Below, in pieces: positions 1-10,135 of a stretch of 64,000 nt of DNA. The notes under the pieces were generated by a model. It was given only the letters and a program-made list of their open reading frames with translations, had not been told where the DNA came from and did not search any database. Numbering within the stretch: position 1 is the stretch's first letter; every line of letters begins with the position of its first letter. Origin of the DNA: Candidatus Binatia bacterium (lineage in GTDB: Bacteria; Desulfobacterota; Binatia; Bin18); the NCBI GenBank assembly GCA_963664395.2, contig OY761159.2, positions 2,112,001 through 2,176,000 of the forward strand. The letters are read 5' to 3'. Position numbers and translations under genes: made by a program.

Positions 1-191
1 GTGCCTGAGCCGCTCACCACCACCGCGGTATAGCCCTGCGGGGCAAACGCCTGCAGGAGCTTGGTTCGAACCGCAGCCAGAAGGTCGGAAAACTCTTCTT
101 CCCGATGGCATAGGTCTCCACGCAGGAGAGCCTGCCGGACACGCGGAGAAACGTTGACGGGGCCGGGATTCAGAAGGATGTATTGCTGCAT
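1..191 (-). CDS. Class V PLP aminotransferase, PhnW/2-aminoethylphosphonate transaminase-like (5' part only, runs off the window)
   Basis: Manual translation from ATG at 191: MQQYILLNPGPVNVSPRVRQALLRGDLCHREEEFSDLLAAVRTKLL...VVVSGSGT. LLNPGP and SGSGT motifs. Not in the ORF track. Confidence 0.8.
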   Translation of the reverse strand, partial: MQQYILLNPGPVNVSPRVRQALLRGDLCHREEEFSDLLAAVRTKLLQAFAPQGYTAVVVSGSG

Positions 192-230
192 AGCTTTAGC
201 GGGGAAAGATACAGAATAGGGATAGAGACT

Positions 231-827
231 CTATCTCCCTTCTCTATCTCCCTTCTCTATCTCCTCCATAAAGCGACTGACGATCTGCCGTGGCTCGTGC
301 GTAATCCGACCAATCTTACGCTCTTCCCGGTCCGGCTCAATTTTAATCAGAAGAAATGACGGCCCATTTTTTTCGGACAGATCTCGTGCCAGCAGGTCCC
401 GCGCGGCCGCGCGCAGTTGGTCGGCATCCTCCGCGCGGCGCACGTCAGCATAGCCGCTCGCGCGCGCCACTGCATCAAGCGCAACGCGACTGGAAATAGT
501 CGGCTGGTTTCCCGTCGAACCGTAGGCTTCGTTGTCAAAAACAAGATGCACCAAATTACGCGGCTGCTGCGCTCCGATCAACGCCAGTGAGCCCATATTC
601 ATTAAGACATTGCCATCCCCGTCAAACACGACAACACGCCGCTCAGGTTTACTCAGGGCCACGCCGAGCGCAATGGACGAAGCCAGGCCCATTGAGCCAA
701 TCATATAGAAATTGCCGGGACGATCTTCAAGATTGAAAGACTCGCGAGAGATAAACCCATTCGCATGGACAACCAGGGCGTCCTGCAAAACAGGCACAAC
801 CACACTCAGTGCCCGCGCTAGATTCAT
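231..827 (-). CDS. Phosphonopyruvate/sulfopyruvate decarboxylase beta subunit (ThDP-binding, ComE-like)
   Basis: GSMGLASSIALG and GDGNVLMN...DNE ThDP-binding motif; overlaps the stop of the alpha subunit. Confidence 0.85.
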   Translation of the reverse strand: MNLARALSVVVPVLQDALVVHANGFISRESFNLEDRPGNFYMIGSMGLASSIALGVALSKPERRVVVFDGDGNVLMNMGSLALIGAQQPRNLVHLVFDNEAYGSTGNQPTISSRVALDAVARASGYADVRRAEDADQLRAAARDLLARDLSEKNGPSFLLIKIEPDREERKIGRITHEPRQIVSRFMEEIEKGDREGR

Positions 828-1309
828 GCGGCGACTCCGGGCGGGAGGACGAGCGCCGTCGGACGGCTCGTCTGCTTCAGGGTCGAGGCCGCCCAGACGA
901 TAGCCTCCTCAAGGGTCGGCTCTTCAAGCACTCGATACGGAATCTTCAAGGTGGATAACAGCTCGGGCAGAATGTCTCCCATAATGATATGCTCCGGCGC
1001 GTCCTTGCCCTGATACCCGCGCCACGTGATCAGCAGCAGACAGGGCAAGTCATAGATCAAACTGAGAGAGGACAGCGCATTCAGGCAGACCCCCAGGCCC
1101 GAATTCTGCATGATGACAACGGGTTGTTTGCCGGCCATATAGGCTCCCGCCGCCAGACCCACCGCCGCATCTTCGCGCGTCTCGGCAATATAGCCGCCCC
1201 GTTCTTCAAGCGTGGCAATTACGCCCTTGACCAAAGAGCAGGGCACACCGGTGAAAAAGTCAAATCCGACGGCGCTGAGGTGTTGAACAAAGTCTGGTCC
1301 GCTGATCAT
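824..1309 (-). CDS. Phosphonopyruvate/sulfopyruvate decarboxylase alpha subunit (ComD-like)
   Basis: FFTGVPCS, E...AVGLAAG, MQNSGLG and WRG...D.PEH motifs; start moved to ATG at 1309 (MISGPDF). Confidence 0.85.
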   Translation of the reverse strand: MISGPDFVQHLSAVGFDFFTGVPCSLVKGVIATLEERGGYIAETREDAAVGLAAGAYMAGKQPVVIMQNSGLGVCLNALSSLSLIYDLPCLLLITWRGYQGKDAPEHIIMGDILPELLSTLKIPYRVLEEPTLEEAIVWAASTLKQTSRPTALVLPPGVAA

Positions 1310-1382
1310 AGGTGGTGAGACTCCAAGCTCCAGAATATCCGAATAAGGGCTCTGCAAGAACTCTACAAGAACTCTACAAGAA

Positions 1383-4256
1383 CTACGATAAGTCCCCTTG
1401 GGCTGAGTCTTGCACAGAGAGTTCCGGAGCGACGGCATCTGACTCCTGCCCGATTCTTTCCGGCCGGTAGAGAAGCAGCGGTAAGACTACAATGGACGCG
1501 ATAAGGACACTACCTACCGCCAGGGTAAGCAGGAGGCCCATACTGAAAATACCATAGTATTGAGCGACCATGAGACTGCCAAACCCGACCATGGTCGTCA
1601 GCGAGAACAGGACAACCGCCTGGCCGGTACTTCCGGCAATCAAGTTGGCGACCGAGCCGTCACTTCCCTCTCGGAAACGATGGACGAGATGGATGCCGTT
1701 CTCCACGCCGATGCCAATAATCAGGGGCGCTGCAACCATATTGGCCAGATTGAATTGCACGCCCCCCAGCCACATCAGTCCCGCGGTCCAGATCATACCA
1801 AGACCGAGCGGCAGGACGGCCAGCAGTGCATCCCCGACACGTCGCAGGGCCAGAAATGTGACGACCAGGATAGCGAGGAAGGCATACCAGGCAGCCTCAA
1901 CATAGCCGTCCTTCATCGCCCCAATAGACTCATAGCCAATAATCGGGGAGCCGGTGACATCTGGGTCAACGGTGCGCAACTGCCGAATGAACTCCGTCAG
2001 GGGCTCGCGCTCCCAGATGTTTTCTTTGGGATAGATCTGTAAAAGAAACCGCTGGCCGTCACTGCTGACAAAGCGGCTGCGCAACTGAGGCGGGACATCG
2101 GCAAATGTGATCGGACCAACCGGAGACAGGTTCTGACTGAGGAGAGACCATTTATCCTGAAAGTCGAGAAACAGGGCGTTCTGAAAAAGGGTCAGGCTCT
2201 GTTGGGCGTTGTGTACCGGCAGCGTTCGGAGGGTTTCAAAAACGGCCAGGAGATGTTGGCGCGCCTCGTGCAGGATCGTCTCACCGCCATTTTCCTGGGT
2301 ACGAATTTTGAGTCGAAGTTTATCAAGGGTGCGTTCGAGCTGCCGGACCTCTACCGCGCGGGGAGCGTTGCGGAGCGGGGGCAGAGTACTCAGCAGCGGG
2401 CGGATCGCTGCGAGGAGAGGGAGGCGTTCCTGTTGTCCGTCCGGAATCAGCGCGGCAACGCTTTCAACGGTCTCCACGCTGGGCAGCGCGGCAAATGCTT
2501 GGGCCTTTTGACGCGCAGCTTCGGGCGTGGGAGCCGTCGCCAAGGCATTCCAGGACGAGCGTTCGGAGTTTTCAATAATACGCTTTTCCCACTCAACCGA
2601 CTCGGTGCCGTGGGCTTGGAGGTTCAGCAAATTATAGTCAAAGGAGACCCACGGCAGAGCCAGGAGTCCCGCCGCCGTTCCAAGTCCGGCGATCCAGAAG
2701 AGAACACTTCTCTTCTGTTCGACGTACTTGCCCAACCCGGAAAAAGTTGTCCGTAGGACTCTCGGCTGTGCTACGGAAGCATCGAGAATCACCTGCTGGT
2801 TCGATTTGATATTCTCGATACTGCTGACGGAAACCCGCCACGGCCAGAACGAGTCCATCCCTACGATCAAGGCTGGCAGGAAAGTGAGGACGGCGAGAAC
2901 AGACAGCAGGATACCCCCGCCCGAAATGATGCCGAGTTCCTGAACCCCGCGAAAGTCGGCCAGTATGACCGAAAAAAAGGCCAGCGCCGTGGTCAACGCG
3001 CCCGCAATAATACTGGGCACAGTCTGTTCAAACACGATCGTAATAGCCTCGGCTTGGTCTTTTCCTTTGCCGCGCTCTTCCTCATAGCGCGTCATAAAGT
3101 GGACCCCAAAGTCGTCGGCCAGGCCGAGCAGCATAGGGGCGATAAAGACGGTAATAATCGTGAGATGACCGACTGAGAGAGTCACAAAGCCCAGCGTCCA
3201 GCTCAGACCGATCATGAGCGCCGAGATAATGCAGAACGGATGCCGAATGCGGCGGAAAAAGAGCAGGTAGAGGAGCGCAATACCGGACAGCGATACGACC
3301 GTTGCCACTGCCGTATCGTGCTGGGCGCTGAGCATTTCATCATTGCCCAGTGCTTTTGTTCCCGTTACACCGGCATCCAGACCAGGAAATTCCACTTTGA
3401 GATCAGTAATCGCCTGCCGAATAGCAGCCATTGAGTCTTGGAGGTCATTGAAGCCCGCAGCTGCATCTTCTTTCGCCTCAACCATGAGGAACATGTATTT
3501 GCGATTCTCGGTAATCAGGAAGCCCTCATCATCGAGCTGTCCGGTACCCCCAAAAAACTCGGCCCAGGGAGAACGGTAGCGGTAGTCTTTGCCATTCAAC
3601 GCCCGCGCGCTCTCTTGTAACAGCGCGTTCAGAAAGGACAGCTGAGAGTCAGAGAACTCGCCCGACTCTTCATCTGTTGCTGTTCCCAGCCCGAGGAGAT
3701 CCTCAACTAGATGCGAAACAACGGCGCTACTGACCTGGGTGTTAATCGCCTCGAACAGGGTATTCAAGCCAGGGTTCGCAAGCAGCTCATGAATAATCTC
3801 TTGAGAGTCTTCAAGACTCCGCCGTAAATCACGCAGATTCTCGGGCGACAGGTACAGCAGCTTTTTGCCTTCCAAGGAGGAAACATCGACCCGGTAAAAA
3901 ATCTCAGCAATATGCTCCCGCTCTTGGGCGAGTCGTTCACCGAGGCGAGTAACAAAGGCTTTGCCTTGCGGGATGTCTTGCGGTTCAACAACAACGACGA
4001 CCTGATCCAGGCCGATAAACTCTTCGGAATATTCCTCATCGAGTTGCAGGTAGCGCTTTTCGGTCGAAATCAGATCATTGCGGCCAGTCACGAGTTCGAG
4101 ATGCTGCGCTGTGTAAATTGACGCCGCAACAGAAATAAGGAGACAGAGACTCAGGATAGTCTTTGCGTACGCAACCACACCCTGGGCGCACGCGCGCAGG
4201 ACGCGTTTTTCCAGGGCACCCAAGCGCTGTTTCAAAGATGGGGGGATTGCCGGCAC
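1383..4256 (-). CDS. hpnN: MMPL/RND-family transporter, hopanoid exporter HpnN-like
   Basis: 957 aa with two transmembrane bundles and large periplasmic loops; GLADDFGVH and GIGVENGIH MMPL motifs; FDYNLLNLQ..GTESV motif; next to an HpnM/MlaC-type gene. Confidence 0.75.
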   Translation of the reverse strand: MPAIPPSLKQRLGALEKRVLRACAQGVVAYAKTILSLCLLISVAASIYTAQHLELVTGRNDLISTEKRYLQLDEEYSEEFIGLDQVVVVVEPQDIPQGKAFVTRLGERLAQEREHIAEIFYRVDVSSLEGKKLLYLSPENLRDLRRSLEDSQEIIHELLANPGLNTLFEAINTQVSSAVVSHLVEDLLGLGTATDEESGEFSDSQLSFLNALLQESARALNGKDYRYRSPWAEFFGGTGQLDDEGFLITENRKYMFLMVEAKEDAAAGFNDLQDSMAAIRQAITDLKVEFPGLDAGVTGTKALGNDEMLSAQHDTAVATVVSLSGIALLYLLFFRRIRHPFCIISALMIGLSWTLGFVTLSVGHLTIITVFIAPMLLGLADDFGVHFMTRYEEERGKGKDQAEAITIVFEQTVPSIIAGALTTALAFFSVILADFRGVQELGIISGGGILLSVLAVLTFLPALIVGMDSFWPWRVSVSSIENIKSNQQVILDASVAQPRVLRTTFSGLGKYVEQKRSVLFWIAGLGTAAGLLALPWVSFDYNLLNLQAHGTESVEWEKRIIENSERSSWNALATAPTPEAARQKAQAFAALPSVETVESVAALIPDGQQERLPLLAAIRPLLSTLPPLRNAPRAVEVRQLERTLDKLRLKIRTQENGGETILHEARQHLLAVFETLRTLPVHNAQQSLTLFQNALFLDFQDKWSLLSQNLSPVGPITFADVPPQLRSRFVSSDGQRFLLQIYPKENIWEREPLTEFIRQLRTVDPDVTGSPIIGYESIGAMKDGYVEAAWYAFLAILVVTFLALRRVGDALLAVLPLGLGMIWTAGLMWLGGVQFNLANMVAAPLIIGIGVENGIHLVHRFREGSDGSVANLIAGSTGQAVVLFSLTTMVGFGSLMVAQYYGIFSMGLLLTLAVGSVLIASIVVLPLLLYRPERIGQESDAVAPELSVQDSAQGDLS

Positions 4257-4283
4257 AGATGGAGTCTCCCTGGGAAGTGGGGG

Positions 4284-4883
4284 TTAGGGATTGGGGGTCG
4301 GGGTGAGGGCCTCATTATCAATCTTCTGCTGCATACGCTTCACCAGCTCTTCATACGACTGTTTGGACATAAGCGCTTGGACTTGTTTGCGCAGGTTACC
4401 GGCCATACTCACCCCGTCAAGCCGGACATCCCAAATCTTCCACACGCCCTCCGATTGATTGAGCCGAAAACCGATGTCAACGCGACCTTCGTCAGGATTC
4501 ACTACCGAGACCTCGACAAGGGCCTCATTCCCGCTCAGTTGCGTGTCGCCGTATTCGAATTGAATCTCGGCAAGAAATTCCGACGCTCTCGGATAGGCGA
4601 GCTCGCGCAGCAAGCGCACGAGGAGGCCGCTAAAATCCTCCTGCTTCTCTTGGCCGAGGGTGTCCCAGTGCGGTCCCATCAGCCAGCGCGCAAGTTGGGC
4701 AATTGCCAGGTTTTTTTCGATTTCTTCCTTCGTACAGGGCGGCGGGGCTGAGGGAGAGCCCAATTCCTGACCGCACGATTGCATGGCAGAAAGCAGCCGT
4801 TTGGTCACGTCGGCCGGAGAATCTGCCCAGCCGAGCTGAGGGAAAAGGATACATATCGTCAAAAGAAGAGTTTTTCCCACCAT
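4284..4883 (-). CDS. MlaC/Ttg2D/HpnM-family periplasmic lipid-binding protein
   Basis: Signal peptide, LMGPHW, WKIWDVRLDGVSM..N.RKQ motif; start set at ATG 4883. Confidence 0.8.
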   Translation of the reverse strand: MVGKTLLLTICILFPQLGWADSPADVTKRLLSAMQSCGQELGSPSAPPPCTKEEIEKNLAIAQLARWLMGPHWDTLGQEKQEDFSGLLVRLLRELAYPRASEFLAEIQFEYGDTQLSGNEALVEVSVVNPDEGRVDIGFRLNQSEGVWKIWDVRLDGVSMAGNLRKQVQALMSKQSYEELVKRMQQKIDNEALTPTPNP

Positions 4884-5052
4884 AAAGCTCCTCGATACGC
4901 CAACCACTGTCTTTCTAATCTTTTCAATTTCAATAAGGAAAGGGATGTCAGTTCTTATGACGCACACACGAGGCGCGCGGAACGGGACTCTCTCTCCCAG
5001 AGGGAGAGGGAATACCACCCAATCCCTACTCCCCAATCCCGAGACCCGCGGA

Positions 5053-5823
5053 TTATTCTGCGACTTGCCTCTCCCGATTTTGCAGGTAGAAGTCCTGCAC
5101 CGCACTGTACAAATCAAGGGAAAAACGGTTCACACTCTCGAAGAGTTCAAGATTGAGCGAGCGTTCGTTGACCGCGTCTGTTCCCGTTGTTCCAGCGTCC
5201 GTTGCCACAATTTCCGTTGGGGATAAAAAGTATGATCTCGGGTCCATGGCTCCGTCGGCTACTCGGCCAATGGCATCACGGAGCGTGGAGGGTCCGATAA
5301 AGGGGAGTACCAGATAAGGGCCCGGTCTGACGCCATATTTTCCGAGCGTTTGGCCAAAATCTTCTTCGCTCTTTTCGATGCCGAATTTCTCTTTGGCGAT
5401 ATCAAAAAAGCCGAGCCCGCCAATAGTCGTATTGATCATAAAGCGGCCGGCTTCCCGTGCAGCGCCGTTCAGCTTGAGTTGAAAGAGGCTATTGGCGAAG
5501 CGAGGCACGACACTGATATTGTCGAAAAAACGGCGGACACCGAGCCGCGCATTCTCCGGCACAGCCCCGGCATAGGAACGCGCCACCGGTCTGAGGATAT
5601 GTTCGTCCATCCAGATGTTGAAGGAGAACATCTTCTCATTAAAGGGTTCAAAAACGGACGGTTCGTAAGCCGGAGTGGTAGCGTCAAGGGTGTCCAGGGG
5701 GCCAGTCAGCCCTCCCTGAAATGCGCCATTCTGGGCAAAGGCTGAAGAAACGGTCAGCAAGCCAAGTCCGAGCATACTGACCACACAGAAAGCGGCAACA
5801 GAGAAAAAGCGTCTTTTTTGCAT
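5053..5823 (-). CDS. mlaA: MlaA/VacJ-family outer-membrane lipid asymmetry protein
   Basis: EPFNEKMFSFN, RFMINTTIGGLG, EDFGQTLG..G...GPYLVLPFIGPSTLRD. Confidence 0.9.
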   Translation of the reverse strand: MQKRRFFSVAAFCVVSMLGLGLLTVSSAFAQNGAFQGGLTGPLDTLDATTPAYEPSVFEPFNEKMFSFNIWMDEHILRPVARSYAGAVPENARLGVRRFFDNISVVPRFANSLFQLKLNGAAREAGRFMINTTIGGLGFFDIAKEKFGIEKSEEDFGQTLGKYGVRPGPYLVLPFIGPSTLRDAIGRVADGAMDPRSYFLSPTEIVATDAGTTGTDAVNERSLNLELFESVNRFSLDLYSAVQDFYLQNRERQVAE

Positions 5824-5846
5824 TGTTCTATACTCTGAATAGCGTC

Positions 5847-6269
5847 CTAGGCGTCCTTGGTTGGCAACAGAACAGTCGCCGTTCCAATGGCCCAGCGTTC
5901 TTCATCATCGTTCTCCATCCAGATATCGCACTCAGCAATATGCCGCTCTGCATCCTTCTGCGTGACAAAGCCAAGCAGGTGAATAGTACAGTCAGGCACG
6001 ACCGGGCTGCGAAACGTCGTGCCGATCCGTGTAATCTGCGCCGCTTGGTTCCACTCGCTTATCAGGCGGGCCAGCAGCCCCATACTTAATACCCCAGGCG
6101 CGATCATGCCCGGCAAGCCCTCTTTGCGGGCGCCTTCATCGTCTGTGAAGCGGGGGAAATCCATGCCGACCGTTTTGGCGTACTTGCGGACGAAGTCTTT
6201 GGTCAGGAGCAGGTCAATGGGTGGCAACTCGTCGCCTTCTTCTATGTCTTCAAAATAGACTGTCTTCAT
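5847..6269 (-). CDS. MaoC-like hot-dog-fold dehydratase subunit
   Basis: YFEDIEEGDELP start, GLPGMIAPG, FRSPV. Confidence 0.8.
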   Translation of the reverse strand: MKTVYFEDIEEGDELPPIDLLLTKDFVRKYAKTVGMDFPRFTDDEGARKEGLPGMIAPGVLSMGLLARLISEWNQAAQITRIGTTFRSPVVPDCTIHLLGFVTQKDAERHIAECDIWMENDDEERWAIGTATVLLPTKDA

Positions 6270-6709
6270 CGCTGCATAATCCTGTGGTCAACAATGGCAA
6301 CCTGCTCACCGTCCTGGTTGGTGATCTCATTCCGCAGGACGATGAAATACATGGAGCCACTGCGTCCGGTTTTCTCATAAATATCGTGTATGGTGCTGAC
6401 CATTTTCAGCGCGTCACCGGGCCGGACCGGCGCAAAAATTTCAACATCACGTCCGCCATCAAAGCCGACCTTGCCAAAGCGTGGCATATGCTCGGGCGTC
6501 ATTTTTTTGGGGCGGAAGCGGGTCACATAGGTCGGTGGCGCAACGAGACCGCCATGGGGTCCGTTCGCGGCAGCTGCTTCATCCGTGTAGAGTGGGTTGG
6601 TTTCTCCAAGCGCGTCCGCAAATTTCAGGATGTCTTCTTTGTCAACCGGCGGGAAGTCAGTTTCGTCAAACACCTGGCCTAACATGGACCGATCAAATTC
6701 AAGAGCCAT
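6266..6709 (-). CDS. MaoC-like dehydratase (N-terminal/FAS1 DH-type subunit)
   Basis: FADALGETNPLYTDE..A, VAPPT, EKTGRSGSM. Confidence 0.85.
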   Translation of the reverse strand: MALEFDRSMLGQVFDETDFPPVDKEDILKFADALGETNPLYTDEAAAANGPHGGLVAPPTYVTRFRPKKMTPEHMPRFGKVGFDGGRDVEIFAPVRPGDALKMVSTIHDIYEKTGRSGSMYFIVLRNEITNQDGEQVAIVDHRIMQR

Positions 6710-6730
6710 GCGAGTGTCCTCTATGCGCCC

Positions 6731-7408
6731 CTATGCGCCATTAGCTGCCGGCCGCGCCGGGGCGCGCCGGACACGAAAATCAACCGGACGATAGCCACCG
6801 ACTCGAAGCGCCTCAACCAACTCTTCCGTATTCGTAATATCTTTCTCAAACTCCGTAGCGCAAATCCCGACAAAGCTCACCAGATGGGCATCACTCCCAC
6901 CAAAGGCATGGTAACCATACGAATTAATAAGCTCGGCCACGCGCTCGTTTTCGCCTTTTTTGCTCCCGCCGTTCAGGGCCTCGACGCCAACAACCCCCCG
7001 GAGTGGAGGGCGGTTTTCATAGTGCTCAATCAATCCAATAGTGGGCCGACCCGGGTGACACGGCATGGCAACACCGCCCAGGCGCGCCACTTCGTCAATC
7101 AACTCTTGGGCCCGCAGCCGCACGTTGGAGAAGTCGAAGCGTTGCAGCATAGCGTCGTTCACCCCATACACGAGAACGTGGCCGTACTCAGTCTCGACTT
7201 CCGCGGCTTTGAGGATCAGCATGCCATACTTATCTTCAAGCGCTCGGTAGTCACTGTGTGTGTCGAACTGGCGGTGCTCGGTCAGAACGATGCCGTCCAG
7301 CGGCCGTTCGTCTCGTTTGCGGGCCAGCCATTTGAGGTAGGCCTCAACCGGCGCACGGCTGTCGTCTGAGACTTCAGAGTGGAGATGGAGGTCAATTACT
7401 CGTGCCAT
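6731..7408 (-). CDS. PHP-domain metal-dependent phosphoesterase
   Basis: IDLHLHS, LTEH, HP, GGSDAH motifs; start set at ATG 7408. Confidence 0.85.
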   Translation of the reverse strand: MARVIDLHLHSEVSDDSRAPVEAYLKWLARKRDERPLDGIVLTEHRQFDTHSDYRALEDKYGMLILKAAEVETEYGHVLVYGVNDAMLQRFDFSNVRLRAQELIDEVARLGGVAMPCHPGRPTIGLIEHYENRPPLRGVVGVEALNGGSKKGENERVAELINSYGYHAFGGSDAHLVSFVGICATEFEKDITNTEELVEALRVGGYRPVDFRVRRAPARPAANGA

Positions 7409-7603
7409 TGAGGATGTTCCAGAGCCGGCTGTCTGGCCCGACTCTTCTGTCTCCTTTTGTCGAAGAGATTTTTTCCGGTTGCGGAATAGTGCCCTATAGT
7501 GCCAGAAGTGAACGATTGTGGCAATGCAAAGTGGGGAGGGGCAGCCGGCTCCTGTCCCTCCCCATTCCAGCATCAGGCGGTTATCAACAGGCTCCCAGGA
7601 AGA

Positions 7604-8026
7604 CTAGGCGGTCGGTTTGAACAGCGGCACCGCAACCTCCGGCGTCACGTCCTCGAAGGTAACTTCGACCGGCATTCCTATGGTGACGCTCTCCGGGTCA
7701 CAGTCCACGATGTTCGTCAGCATCCGCACCCCTTCTTCCAACTCAACATAGGCCATGACATAGGGCACTTTGTTGCGAAATCCCGAACTTTGATTCTGAC
7801 GGGTGATGGTAAAGGTGTAGACTGTGCCCTTGCCGCTACAGCGTAGCCACTCAAAGTCCTGCGACAGGTCTTCGGGACAAAACGCCCGTGGATAGTAAAA
7901 GACCGTTCCACACCTGCGGCATTTCTGGACATACAGTTCGTGCCGGGCACAGGCTTCCCAAAACGGGCGCGACTCTTCATCTACCCGCGGAACCGGACGT
8001 TTCGATTTCTTTTGCTCATCAGCCAT
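7604..8026 (-). CDS. DUF35 Zn-ribbon/OB-fold protein (thiolase partner)
   Basis: PFWEAC, CxxC...CP, SGKGTVYTFT, PYVMAYVELEEGVRMLTNIV; start at ATG 8026. Confidence 0.9.
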   Translation of the reverse strand: MADEQKKSKRPVPRVDEESRPFWEACARHELYVQKCRRCGTVFYYPRAFCPEDLSQDFEWLRCSGKGTVYTFTITRQNQSSGFRNKVPYVMAYVELEEGVRMLTNIVDCDPESVTIGMPVEVTFEDVTPEVAVPLFKPTA

Positions 8027-8063
8027 AATCAATTCCCCACTATCGGCATTATCGGCCTGCTGC

Positions 8064-9212
8064 CTAGACTCCGAGGACCAGAGAGGCACCGCTGTGCCGC
8101 AGCCCGAGTGTCCCGCCCGTTCCATGGCAAAAGGCGAGTGCACAATCTTTGACCTGGCGCTCCCCACACTCACCTCGCAGCTGCTTGACCGCTTCGATCA
8201 CGAGAAAAATCCCGCGCATACCGGGGTGATTAGACGAGAGCCCCCCACCGTCGGTGTTAATCGGGAGCTCGCCGCCCAGACCAATACGACCGTTCTGGAT
8301 ATACGAGCCCCCCTCGCCTTTTTTGCAAAATCCCAGACTTTCCAAGGTCACACACACCGTAATGGTAAATGAGTCATAAATCATGGCCATGTCAAAGTCG
8401 GTATGACTCACGCCGGCACGCGCCATGGCCTTCGGGCCGGACTGCTTGGCAGCCGCGTCGGTAATATCGCGCATCCCAGCGCTGGTATGCGCACAGGCCT
8501 CTGCCGCACTGAGGATATGGACGGGCTTCTTTTTGAGATCGCGCGCCCGTTCAGCGGACGTGACAACCAGGGCGCCGCCGCCATCCGAGATCATGCAGCA
8601 GTCCAAGAGATGCAGCGGTGAAGACACCTCGCGCGAGGCGAGCACGTCGTCAACGCTAATCGGGTCACGAAACTTTGCATGTGGATTCAGGGACGCATGT
8701 TTGCGGGTGGTCACGGCAATCTCGGCCAGTTGCTCACTGGTTGTGCCGAATTCGTGCATATGGCGCTGCGCGGTCAGAGCGTAGTCGCCCACGGTTGTCG
8801 GGCCGTAGCAGCCCTCAAACTGTTCGGGCGGATCGCCGCTCCCGCCGCCTCCTGTGCCAACGGCAAAACGGTCTGAGGACCATTTGCTGCCGTATAGGAT
8901 CAGGGCAACATCGCAGTAGCCGGCGGCAATCGCCGCCGCCGCGTGAGCCGTATGCGAAACAAAGGACGAGCCGCCGATCGAGTTGGAGTCCAGGAAATCG
9001 GGGTTAAGATTCAGGTGCTCGGCCAGGGCGATAATCCCCATGCCACCCACCCCCGAGGTAAACAGGCCGTTCACATCTTTTATGCTCAGCCCGGCATCGT
9101 CCAGGGCGCCGCGCGCACTCTCGGCCATGATCTGGTATTGGGTTTTATGCGGTGCCCAACGCAGCGGGTGCTCGTACACGCCGGCCAATGCGGCTTTTCG
9201 ACTGATACTCAT
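8064..9212 (-). CDS. SCP2/Ltp2-type thiolase-family protein
   Basis: LHLLDCCMISDGGGA, IYDSFT, NTDGGGLSSNHPG. Confidence 0.9.
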   Translation of the reverse strand: MSISRKAALAGVYEHPLRWAPHKTQYQIMAESARGALDDAGLSIKDVNGLFTSGVGGMGIIALAEHLNLNPDFLDSNSIGGSSFVSHTAHAAAAIAAGYCDVALILYGSKWSSDRFAVGTGGGGSGDPPEQFEGCYGPTTVGDYALTAQRHMHEFGTTSEQLAEIAVTTRKHASLNPHAKFRDPISVDDVLASREVSSPLHLLDCCMISDGGGALVVTSAERARDLKKKPVHILSAAEACAHTSAGMRDITDAAAKQSGPKAMARAGVSHTDFDMAMIYDSFTITVCVTLESLGFCKKGEGGSYIQNGRIGLGGELPINTDGGGLSSNHPGMRGIFLVIEAVKQLRGECGERQVKDCALAFCHGTGGTLGLRHSGASLVLGV

Positions 9213-9223
9213 ACTATGCCTCT

Positions 9224-10021
9224 TTAGTTGAAGAACGCCTGAATGGCGTCGCAGGCGGCCTGCGGTTTTTCGATCGGCAGCCAGTGCCCGGCCTCGGGAA
9301 TCACCGCCAGTTGGGCGTTCGGGATATTGTCTCGCAATTCTTCTGCCTGAGCGACTGGCGTGGTGGCATCATCCGCTCCAGCCAGCACCAGCGTGGGCAG
9401 GGTGATCTGTCCGAGTTGCGCCGTCAGGTCAACCTGCTGGCAGGCCATCAAATCAAAGCAGCGGACGCGCGGGTCGGTCTTGATCTGCTCCATCCAGCCC
9501 TCTTGGATGATCTCCTGCGGCGTTTGAGGCGAGCACGAAACCTTGGTAAACGGCTGTCCCTGGCGACCTTTCATCACCGCTTGCCAGGTCTTGATGAGCT
9601 CGTCCGGGATATTGAACTTTGCCGCGGTGCAGGTCAGCGCCAAGCCTTCCAGCATATCAGCATGGCGCAGAGCCAGATCCAGGGCAATTGCTCCACCCAT
9701 GGAATGGCCAACAATAACCACTGGGCGCACACCCAACGCCTTCCACAGCATATAGGTGAAGTCGCTATACGCGGCCACGCTTTTGAGACTTTCCGTTCCA
9801 CTCGAACGCCCATGTCCCGGAAAGTCGAACGACAACGGACTGTGGTTGGCGGATAGCATATCGAGCATCTTATGGGCGAAATGGCCGTTACTGCCCGCCC
9901 CATGGACGTACAAAAAGAGCCGGCCCTTGCTCACATCAGGAACAACAGGCGGCAGCGTCGTCTGGCCGGTGTGAAAATAATTCACCGCATAGCCTTCAAC
10001 ATCAACATACTTGGTTGGCAT
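9224..10021 (-). CDS. Alpha/beta hydrolase
   Basis: HGAG, DFPGHGRS, GHSMGG nucleophile elbow, catalytic D and AGH. Confidence 0.9.
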   Translation of the reverse strand: MPTKYVDVEGYAVNYFHTGQTTLPPVVPDVSKGRLFLYVHGAGSNGHFAHKMLDMLSANHSPLSFDFPGHGRSSGTESLKSVAAYSDFTYMLWKALGVRPVVIVGHSMGGAIALDLALRHADMLEGLALTCTAAKFNIPDELIKTWQAVMKGRQGQPFTKVSCSPQTPQEIIQEGWMEQIKTDPRVRCFDLMACQQVDLTAQLGQITLPTLVLAGADDATTPVAQAEELRDNIPNAQLAVIPEAGHWLPIEKPQAACDAIQAFFN

Positions 10022-10135
10022 ATCCCCTCGCTTTGGAAAAAACTGTCAACTGACTAATCGGGCGGGGTCGAGTTTGTCAAGGGTTCCGGCCTGCGCGCTG
10101 GCCCAATCCAGCCGAGACCCTCGCGCCTCAGCCTT

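Noticed and set aside
4985-5050. CTCTCCC-AGA-GGGAGAG hairpin and C-rich tract between mlaA and mlaC
   Set aside because: A single degenerate copy in the window; probably a terminator or repeat remnant with too little support to call.
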